A stretch of 64,000 bases of DNA, from NCBI GenBank assembly GCA_030431455.1, contig JAUIJE010000002.1:129294-193293 (forward strand), given 5' to 3'. The notes below the pieces were generated by a model, which was not told the DNA's origin, searched no databases, and saw only the letters and a program-made list of their open reading frames with translations. The translations under genes were made by a program, and so were the position numbers. Below, piece by piece: positions 57,492 through 64,000 of the stretch. The stretch is from a bacterium. GTDB lineage: Bacteria; Myxococcota; UBA727; JAUIJE01. Numbering within the stretch: the first letter of the stretch is position 1; each line of letters begins with the position of its first letter.

Positions 57492-58514
57492 TCAGGGCGC
57501 GTCCCCCACGCGCCACAAGGCTGCGGCGCAGGCGTAGCCCGCGCCCGCGGCGAGCAGTAGCACAACATCCCCGGCTTGTACGCGGCCGGCGCGGCGGGCC
57601 CGGTCGAGGGCGATCAACACCGACCCCGACGAGGTGTTGCCCACGGTCTCGATGCAGGAAAAGACTTTGTCGTCGTCGAGCCCGGCCAGCGCGGCCACCC
57701 GGCGCAGGATGCGCCCGTTGGCCTGGTGCGGGACCACCAGCGACACCGCGGCTTTGTCGACGCCCGCCCCGTCGAGGATGCGCGCGGCCGCGTCGGCCAT
57801 GCCCTCGGTGGCGGACATGTACACATCGAGCCCGTCGACCATGCGCAAATGCTGCTCGCCCGCGGCGAGGCGTTCGGCGGTGAGCGGCCGGCGCGACCCG
57901 CCGCCGACGATGCCGATCTTGTCCCGTCCCCGGCTGTCCAAAAACGCCGCGGTGGCGAGCAGGCCGCCCGCGTCCGGGCCCGGCCCGAGCAAAAGCGCGC
58001 CCGCCCCGTCCGCGAACAAGGGCGCGGTGCCCACGTCGGTCACGTCCAGCACCCGCGAACGGATGTCCGCGCCGACGACGAGCACGACTTCGCCCGCGGT
58101 GAGCACGTGGCGCGCGGCGGTGTCGAGGGCATAAAGCGACCCGGCGCAGGCGGCGGCCACGTCGTGGGCGGGGCATTCGAGGTCGAGCCCGAGGCCCGCG
58201 TGCACGAAGCTCGCGGTCGAGGGCACGGGCTGGTCGGGCGAGGTCGTGGACACGATCAACCGGTCGATGCCGGCCGCGGACAGGCCCGCGTCGTCGAGAC
58301 ACGCCTTCGCCGCGGCGATGGCCAAATCCGAGGTGGCCACGTCGTCGGGCGCGATGTGCCGCGAGACGATGCCGGTCTTTTTCACGATGTCGTCGGCGGT
58401 GGTGTCACACCCCGCGGCGATGACCGCGGCGTTGTCGCGCACAGGATCCGGCAGATGGTGCCCGGTGCCGAGGATGTGCACGCGGGGGCCCGGGGGAAAG
58501 ACAAACACGCTCAT
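57492..58514 (-). CDS. fabH: 3-oxoacyl-ACP synthase III (KAS III / FabH).
   Basis: Cys-His-Asn triad contexts AAACAGSLYAL, VVPHQANGRI and GNTSSGS. The ATG at 58514 overlaps the upstream ACP stop (ATGA). Confidence 0.85.
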   Translation of the reverse strand: MSVFVFPPGPRVHILGTGHHLPDPVRDNAAVIAAGCDTTADDIVKKTGIVSRHIAPDDVATSDLAIAAAKACLDDAGLSAAGIDRLIVSTTSPDQPVPSTASFVHAGLGLDLECPAHDVAAACAGSLYALDTAARHVLTAGEVVLVVGADIRSRVLDVTDVGTAPLFADGAGALLLGPGPDAGGLLATAAFLDSRGRDKIGIVGGGSRRPLTAERLAAGEQHLRMVDGLDVYMSATEGMADAAARILDGAGVDKAAVSLVVPHQANGRILRRVAALAGLDDDKVFSCIETVGNTSSGSVLIALDRARRAGRVQAGDVVLLLAAGAGYACAAALWRVGDAP

Positions 58515-58726
58515 GCGGTTTTGTTCACCAAGGCACAAAGTCCCTGCACCGTGAGCGGCCGGGCCGCGGCCACGTCGGCCGCGCGCAACGTCACCGCGAG
58601 ACCCTCTTCGAGGGTCTCGATGAGCACGACCTCGTCGAACGAGTCGAGCTCGAGGGGCGCGTCATCGGCCGCGGGCAATGCCACGTGGGCGCGCAACAGC
58701 TGGCGCAACGATTCAGGGGTGCTCAC
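58511..58726 (-). CDS. Second small carrier protein (ACP/PCP-like).
   Basis: 71 aa with LELDSFDEVVLIETLEE, a Ser-containing DSx motif in helix II. Confidence 0.55.
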   Translation of the reverse strand: MSTPESLRQLLRAHVALPAADDAPLELDSFDEVVLIETLEEGLAVTLRAADVAAARPLTVQGLCALVNKTA

Positions 58727-59981
58727 CGTCGGACGGTCCTTTCAGCGCGGCCAGGCGATCGACCTTGCCCGAGCCGAGTGTGGGCAGCTCACGCCAAAAA
58801 CAAAAGGCCCGCGGGCGCATCGCCCCCGAAAGCTGCGCACGCACCTTCGCGATGACTTCGTCCGGGTCGCGGCGGGTGGCGATCGCGGCCTTCACGACCT
58901 GGCCCAGCCGGGCCGACGGCATGGGCCCCACCACCGCCGCGTCGATCCCGGGCACTTGCAACAGCGCATCTTCCACCGCCACCGGCGAGACGCGCACCCC
59001 GCCGGTGTTGATCACCGCGTCAGCGCGACCCTGGATGATCACGCGGCCCTCGTCATCGATGGCACCCACATCGCCGGTGGGCAAACGCCCTTCGTGGGTC
59101 GCTACCGTGGCCACGCCCTGGCCCCACTCGATGGTGCCCGACATCGCCCCGGGGGTCATCGCCCACAACTTGCCGTCCTCGACGACCATCTCCACCCCCG
59201 GCACGGGTGGACCCACGAGTCCGGGCACATCCGTCACCCCGTCGTCGCGCCAGGTGCAGAGCCGTGGCCCGGCTTCGGTGCAGCCATATTGGGTATAGCG
59301 CGCGCTGTTCGGCATCACCGTCCGCCACCGCTTCCACAGCGCCGCGTCCACCCGCGCCCCCGCCGACGCCACCCAAGCCGGGGCGACGGCGCCGTCGTCG
59401 ATGAGGTCGAGCAACATCGGCAGCTGGGACGGCACCAACTGCACGCCATCGGGCCGCGCGGCGAGAACCCCGCGGAGCCTGAGCAGGGCGGTGCGCCCGG
59501 TGGGCGCGACAAACGTGCCCCCTGCGATGATGGTCCACAGCAACTGGCCCACCAGTCCGTAGATGTGGTGCATCGGGCTCAGCCCGGCCATTCGACCGGG
59601 CGCGGGCAATACTTTGGAAATGGCGGCTAGGTTGTGCCGCACCGAGCGCCCCGACAACACTACCTGTCGAGGGGCCCCGGTGCTCCCTGACGACGCGACC
59701 ACCAGCGCCGCGCTCGGAAAATGTTCCTGCATCAAGAGCTCGGTCGCTGCATTCGGCGCGGTCACGGTGGGGCCCGGCACGATCACCGCACGCCCTTGCC
59801 GCCACCACGAGAGACAGTGCACCAGCACCCCTGCGGGGTTGCCGTCGTCGGGCCAGGGCACATCGCGTGCGGCCCGGTGCAGCAAAGCCACGCCGGTGGT
59901 GCTTTGTTTGCCCCGCACCAGCCGTGGTCGGTCGTCGTCTTCGAGCGCCCGGGCAAACGCTTGGTACAGCGCGCGGCTCAT
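58713..59981 (-). CDS. Stand-alone adenylate-forming enzyme (AMP-dependent synthetase/ligase, DltA/OleC-like size).
   Basis: VVASSGSTGAPRQVVLS P-loop, YGCTEAG, LPTGDVG, LGSGKVDR. Confidence 0.75.
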   Translation of the reverse strand: MSRALYQAFARALEDDDRPRLVRGKQSTTGVALLHRAARDVPWPDDGNPAGVLVHCLSWWRQGRAVIVPGPTVTAPNAATELLMQEHFPSAALVVASSGSTGAPRQVVLSGRSVRHNLAAISKVLPAPGRMAGLSPMHHIYGLVGQLLWTIIAGGTFVAPTGRTALLRLRGVLAARPDGVQLVPSQLPMLLDLIDDGAVAPAWVASAGARVDAALWKRWRTVMPNSARYTQYGCTEAGPRLCTWRDDGVTDVPGLVGPPVPGVEMVVEDGKLWAMTPGAMSGTIEWGQGVATVATHEGRLPTGDVGAIDDEGRVIIQGRADAVINTGGVRVSPVAVEDALLQVPGIDAAVVGPMPSARLGQVVKAAIATRRDPDEVIAKVRAQLSGAMRPRAFCFWRELPTLGSGKVDRLAALKGPSDGEHP

Positions 59982-61009
59982 GGGCGAAGCACCATCGCGG
60001 CCCCGGTCACGCCCCCGCCCACCGCGCAGAGCAACACGCGGCCTTTGGCGTCGAGGCGCCCGTCGCGCCGGGCCTCCGAGAGCGCGTAGAGCACCCCCGC
60101 GGCGCCGATGTTGGCGTGTTGGTGCACGGTGCTGACGCGGGGAACGTGCGCGAGGGCCACGTCGGTCATGACCTGCTGCACAAACCCCGCGCTGGTCTGG
60201 TGGGGCACGACCAGGTCAATGCCGCCCGGGGCCTTTTCCCGTGCGGCGGTGATGCATTGGGCGTAGAGGCCGCGCGCGCCGTCAGCGAACGCCCCCTCGT
60301 CGCCGGCCAAGCGGTATTCGCCCGCGGCGATGGCGTCGGCGGTGGGCGGCATCGGCCCCTTGGTGCCCACCGCGTCGGACAGGCCCTGCAGCGTGGTGGC
60401 CGCGAACGCCTCGATGGTGCCGGGGCCCGGGGTGAGCACCACCGCGGCGGCCCCGTCGGCGAGGTGGAGCGCGGCGAGCTTTTTGCCGGTGGGCAACACC
60501 CGCGAAAACGTGTCGCCGGCGACGACGAGCACACGCTTCGCCCCGGCCGCGATCCACTGCGCCCCGGTGAACACCGCGAGCAGGCCCCCCGCGCACCCGC
60601 TGCGCACGTCGAAGGCACAGCCGGCCGCGCCCAGGCGATGCGCGAGCACCGAGGCGGTGGGGGTGGTGAACCGGGCCGGGCTCGACGTGGCCACGATCAA
60701 AGCGTCGAGCGCGGCGGGGTCGGTCTGGGCGTCGGCCAAGGCGGCGTCGGCCGCGCCCGCGAGCAGGTCGAGGATGGTGACGTCCGCCCGCGCGGCGTAC
60801 GGCGGGGCCACAAAATGATGCTGCACCAGCCCGTGTTCGTCCTCGAGGGACTCGGCCACAAACGCGCGGTGCTCGTCGGAGGTGCCGTGGCCGATGTGGG
60901 CGAGCAGCGCCCGGTTGTCCATCGCCACCGGGCCCAGGCAGGTGCCGAGCCCCGCGAGCTGCAGGCCGGGCACCGGGCCGAGGGCAGACAGGCGGTTCGT
61001 TGCGTTCAC
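59978..61009 (-). CDS. Second KAS III-like condensing enzyme (FabH/OleA-like thiolase fold) with a variant active-site context.
   Basis: DVRSGCAGG (Cys), VPHQTS (His), HQHANIG. Its stop overlaps the adenylase start (ATGA). Confidence 0.7.
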   Translation of the reverse strand: MNATNRLSALGPVPGLQLAGLGTCLGPVAMDNRALLAHIGHGTSDEHRAFVAESLEDEHGLVQHHFVAPPYAARADVTILDLLAGAADAALADAQTDPAALDALIVATSSPARFTTPTASVLAHRLGAAGCAFDVRSGCAGGLLAVFTGAQWIAAGAKRVLVVAGDTFSRVLPTGKKLAALHLADGAAAVVLTPGPGTIEAFAATTLQGLSDAVGTKGPMPPTADAIAAGEYRLAGDEGAFADGARGLYAQCITAAREKAPGGIDLVVPHQTSAGFVQQVMTDVALAHVPRVSTVHQHANIGAAGVLYALSEARRDGRLDAKGRVLLCAVGGGVTGAAMVLRP

Positions 61010-61101
61010 GACCGCACGGTACCACCCGATGCTCGAGTTGAGACATCCGCGCGGGGGTCGCCCGGGTGGCTCTATTCTGATCGGGTCCCATTAGCGACCT
61101 G

Positions 61102-61557
61102 TTGGCCCACCCCTGGATCGATGTCAGCGAGGCCCCGCTGTACCGGCTGACGCTGTTCAAAGCGAAAGCGCCCGAGCAAGAGTGGGAACCGCTCGTCGAG
61201 TCCTGGATGCAGACCACGCGCGACTTCTACGCCCAGCTCGACCACCCGCTGGGCTGGGTCGTCGACGCCCGGTTTGTGCCCTCGTCCCGTTCGACCTCGC
61301 AGCAGCGACACCGGCTGCGGCAACACCTCAACGACACCGCCCCGGTGATGGGCCAATGGTGCGCGGCCGCCGCGATCATCATCGACAAGGCCGCGGTGCG
61401 CGGCGTGCTCACCGCGTTGCACTGGATTTCGCCCCCCGCCTATCCACAAAAGGTTTTCGCGACCCCGGAGGAGGGCGAAGCCTGGGTTCGCCCCCGGCTC
61501 GACGCCGCGCTGGACGCGCACGGATGGGCTACTGGACGGTCCGCGCCGGTGCGCTAG
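61102..61557 (+). CDS. Hypothetical protein.
   Basis: 151 aa ORF of balanced composition between two biosynthetic operon arms. TTG start per the track, and the true start is uncertain. No recognisable motif. Confidence 0.3.
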   Translation: MAHPWIDVSEAPLYRLTLFKAKAPEQEWEPLVESWMQTTRDFYAQLDHPLGWVVDARFVPSSRSTSQQRHRLRQHLNDTAPVMGQWCAAAAIIIDKAAVRGVLTALHWISPPAYPQKVFATPEEGEAWVRPRLDAALDAHGWATGRSAPVR

Positions 61558-61566
61558 CCTCGCCCC

Positions 61567-62316
61567 ATGACCTTGTCACCCGGCGCGATGGTGGTGATCG
61601 GCGGCTCCACCGGGGCCGGTCGCGCGGTGGCGACGTCGTTCGCGAAGGCGGGGGGCACGGTCTATGCCGCCGGCCGCGACGAGGACCGGCTCGCGTCGCT
61701 GCAAAAAGAGCTCGACGACCGTGGCCAGACCTTCGCCCTCGACGTGACCACCCCGGACGCGTTTTTGTTCGTGGGCGCGCTGCCCGACGCGCCGGCGGTG
61801 ACCGGCGCGGTCTACGCCGCGGCCCACCGGTATGTGCCTGCACGCTTACACCACATGGGCGACGACGAGCTGTTGCAGGTGCTGTCCACAGATTTGCTCG
61901 GGGCCGAACGGTTCGCGCGGGCCGTCCTGCCCCGGCTCATGACCCAGCCCACGTCGAGCCTGGTGTTCGTCGGGTCGCTGGCCGCGCAGGTGGGCATGAA
62001 GGGGGGCGCGGCCTATGCCGCGGCCAAGGCCGGGCTCGAGGGGCTCGCGCGCAACCTCGCCCTCGAGTACGGCCAGTACGGCGTGCGCTGCAACGTGGTG
62101 CGGCCCGGCTTCATCGACGGGGCGCGCTTCGACGCGCGCACCGCCGACAGCGACGCCCGGCGCGAAAAGCTGCTCGCCCAGACCACCCTCGGCACGTTGG
62201 TGAGCGAACAAGACGTGGCCGACCTCGTGCTGTTTTTATGTTCGGACAAGGCCCGCGCCATCACCGGCGCGGTGGTGGACATCACCGCCGGGGCCCACCT
62301 GAACCGCCTTTGGTGA
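61567..62316 (+). CDS. Short-chain dehydrogenase/reductase (SDR; FabG/OleD-like).
   Basis: VIGGSTGAGRAVA (glycine-rich NAD(P) loop), S...YAAAK catalytic YxxxK, PGFIDG. Confidence 0.8.
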   Translation: MTLSPGAMVVIGGSTGAGRAVATSFAKAGGTVYAAGRDEDRLASLQKELDDRGQTFALDVTTPDAFLFVGALPDAPAVTGAVYAAAHRYVPARLHHMGDDELLQVLSTDLLGAERFARAVLPRLMTQPTSSLVFVGSLAAQVGMKGGAAYAAAKAGLEGLARNLALEYGQYGVRCNVVRPGFIDGARFDARTADSDARREKLLAQTTLGTLVSEQDVADLVLFLCSDKARAITGAVVDITAGAHLNRLW

Positions 62317-63433
62317 GCAGCGCGTACACCAGGTAAAAGCCCGCGCAGACCGCGGCCATGATCCCGTACACCGTTTGGGCATAGCCGGCGTACAACCCCA
62401 AAAAGAGCGGGGGCCCGACCACGGTGGCCACGTCGGTGAGCGTCCCGTACACCCCGAAGGTGGTCCCGTACCGGCCTTCGCCGGAATGGTCCGCCACCGC
62501 CTTGAGCGCGAGGGCGAACACGATGGACGCAACCAGCACATACCCCAGGAATGTCACTGCAAACGCCGCGGGCCCCGGGATCGCGTACATCGCGGCCAAC
62601 ACCCCCGCGAGGGCGAGCCCAAAGACGAGAATGGTGCGCGCGGGCCGCACCCGGTCGGCCAAAAAGCCGCCGATGCCCTGGGCCACGCCGAAGAGCACCC
62701 CCATGCCCAAAAAAAGCAGGGACACGGTGCGCGTGTCCCAGGCGAACGCGTCTTTTCCGTACACGGGCAAAAGGCCTTGAAAGGCGGTGTACGTCATCTT
62801 GTTGAAAAAGACCGGGAGCATCAGGGCCACGAGCCACACGTCGACCAGCGCGGTCTTGATGTGCGCGACCTCTTCGCGCAGCGTGGTCGGTTCTTTCACA
62901 TTGCCCTCGGGCAACCGCCGCACGAGGAGCAGGACCGAGACCAGGGCCGAGACCCCAAACGCGAGCCAGATGACAAAGCGCGGGCCGTGGCTTTCGGAAA
63001 ACGCCGCGGCCAGGCCCGGCCCGACGAGCAGCCCCGCGGTGCCCACCGCCCCGATGGTGCCCACCCGCCGCCCGGTGGTGGCCGGGTCCCCGGTGGCGAC
63101 GACCACGCCGGACGCGGGGTAGACAAGTCCCGTGGCCGCGCCTTCGAGGGTGCGCGCGATGGCGAGCACAATGGCATTGTCGGTCAAACAGAACGGCAAC
63201 AGCGACAAGGTGAACAGCACCGTGCCAATGATGAGCATGCGCCGGCCCCCGTGGCGGTCGGCGAGCACGCCCCCCGGGACCTGGGCCACGATTTTGCTCG
63301 TGGCGTAACAAAAAAGAATCATCGCCAGCGCGCCTTCGCGCCCAAACGTGTCGTCGATGAGCGCGGGCAACTGCGGGATGATCACCCCGTACCCGAGCGA
63401 CACGATGAACAAGGCGGTGGCGCACAACCACAT
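62282..63433 (-). CDS. MFS transporter.
   Basis: 12 predicted helices. The GxLaDrxGrR-like motif VPGGVLADRHGGRRM lies between TM2 and TM3. Confidence 0.8.
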   Translation of the reverse strand: MWLCATALFIVSLGYGVIIPQLPALIDDTFGREGALAMILFCYATSKIVAQVPGGVLADRHGGRRMLIIGTVLFTLSLLPFCLTDNAIVLAIARTLEGAATGLVYPASGVVVATGDPATTGRRVGTIGAVGTAGLLVGPGLAAAFSESHGPRFVIWLAFGVSALVSVLLLVRRLPEGNVKEPTTLREEVAHIKTALVDVWLVALMLPVFFNKMTYTAFQGLLPVYGKDAFAWDTRTVSLLFLGMGVLFGVAQGIGGFLADRVRPARTILVFGLALAGVLAAMYAIPGPAAFAVTFLGYVLVASIVFALALKAVADHSGEGRYGTTFGVYGTLTDVATVVGPPLFLGLYAGYAQTVYGIMAAVCAGFYLVYALLTKGGSGGPRR

Positions 63434-63477
63434 GCGCGGAGCCTACTCTTCTCCGGGCCGCACCGGGACGGGCCCAG

Positions 63478-63510
63478 CGCAAAAAAGGACGCACCGCGTG
63501 TGCGGTGCGC
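63478..63510 (-). terminator. Rho-independent terminator on the minus strand (GCGCACCGC-ACAC-GCGGTGCGC then T-run).
   Basis: Plus strand reads aaaaaaggacgcaccgcgtgtgcggtgcgc. On the minus strand this is a hairpin followed by UUUUUU, directly downstream of repeat unit A. Confidence 0.55.
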
Positions 63511-63660
63511 CCCGTCGGTGGACCAAGATTCGCGATGTCGTGCATGTTCCAGATGTAGACATCGACGGCATTCCACCGACACTGGCTCGATTGTTCGACG
63601 ACAAAAATGGAGGTGACGTAGCTACGGTGCTCTACCGGCTGAGCTACGGCGCCGCTTGCG
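63510..63660. repeat. Approximately 150-bp imperfect direct repeat (copy A). Copy B lies at 63850-64000 at the window edge. Each ends in a tRNA-5'-half-like sequence, and copy A is followed by a T-arm-like GGTTCGAGCCCC.
   Basis: The two copies share GGTGGACCAA..TCGCGATGTCGTGCA...GTAGACATCGACGGCATTCCACCG...TTCGACGACAA...CTGAGCTACGGCGCCGCTT. The reverse complement of the last block is GGCGCCGTAGCTCAGCCGGTAGAGCACC, a canonical tRNA acceptor/D-arm. No complete cloverleaf could be folded. Confidence 0.6.
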
Positions 63661-64000
63661 CGTCACCGGCGGGGCTCGAACCCGCGACCGCCGTCGTGAA
63701 TGTAGTCATTCTCCGCATTCGCCGAACGCAACAAACCAAAACAACTCCTTCGTTTCTCTCTTCGTCTTTCGTCAAAACCATCTCGGTGCGAACCCGATGT
63801 GCCGGCGCGGTCTGGCTGGCCCCCGGGGGGACGGCCCCATTGCCGCCCCCCCCTGCCGACGTGGTCGGTGGACCAAAAATCGCGATGTCGTGCACGCTGA
63901 ATGTAGACATCGACGGCATTCCACCGGCAGGACCGTGTGTTTGGTTCGACGACAAGGGCGGGGAAGACGGCGCTCTGCCTTCTGAGCTACGGCGCCGCTT

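Noticed and set aside
63628-63700. A possible complete tRNA gene on the minus strand (D-arm GTAGCTCAGCCGGTAGAGCAC plus T-arm GGTTCGAGCCCC)
   Set aside because: The two halves are in the wrong order for a normal tRNA. No anticodon arm or complementary acceptor strands could be folded by eye. It is reported only as tRNA-like fragments inside a repeat, and needs tRNAscan or Infernal.
1-64000. CRISPR arrays, transposases or integrases, and rRNA genes
   Set aside because: No short regularly spaced direct repeats with unique spacers, no DDE/tyrosine-recombinase-like ORFs and no rRNA-like sequence were seen. The only tandem repeats are the coding DG microsatellites and the 88-bp unit after tRNA-His.

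Overview
This 64 kb window has very high GC content (about 70%) and is almost certainly from a myxobacterium (Myxococcota), possibly of the Nannocystineae type. Three things point that way: MYXO-CTERM-like sorting tails, poly(Asp-Gly) linkers encoded by GACGGC microsatellites, and Cys-rich Myxococcus-type repeat proteins with PPC domains. Nothing here was searched against a database; every family assignment is motif-level recognition, and coordinates come from the six-frame track refined by start-codon and RBS inspection. Many long antisense ORFs in this high-GC DNA are spurious and were rejected.

The window splits into three parts.

First, 1-28 kb is a secretome-rich region:
- A DUF1592/DUF1588-type CxxCH lipoprotein paired with a DUF1552 Tat protein.
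- A GH25 lysozyme and a matrixin-like metalloprotease, both with MYXO-CTERM tails.
- An MpaB-like oxygenase.
- A REC-HDOD regulator, a CheY-like regulator, a ceramidase-like lipoprotein and a zinc-ribbon/scramblase-like membrane protein.
- An approximately 12.8 kb minus-strand operon of four very large secreted proteins: a vWA lipoprotein, a MopE-type metal-binding-repeat lipoprotein, and two Cys-rich/PPC proteins.

Second, 28-45 kb is a housekeeping/regulatory stretch:
- ribB-like gene, an epoxide-hydrolase-like alpha/beta hydrolase, a sigma54 NtrC-type regulator and a hybrid histidine kinase.
- tRNA-His followed by a perfect 88 bp tandem duplication and three intrinsic terminators.
- A membrane desaturase, a DUF2277 protein and several CxxCH or His-rich lipoproteins.
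- Two genes broken by homopolymer frameshifts.
- A MerR-controlled PhyH/VOC pair.

Third, 46-63.5 kb looks like an undescribed lipid or polyketide-like biosynthetic gene cluster:
- A FAAL-ACP-membrane-LbH acyltransferase fusion, a diiron oxygenase and a GH3-family adenylase.
- A TetR regulator, a fatty-acid hydroxylase and a second FAAL.
- An AccD-like carboxyltransferase, two ACPs, two KAS III enzymes, a stand-alone adenylase, an SDR and an MFS exporter.

The window ends in two copies of a ~150 bp repeat carrying tRNA-like fragments.
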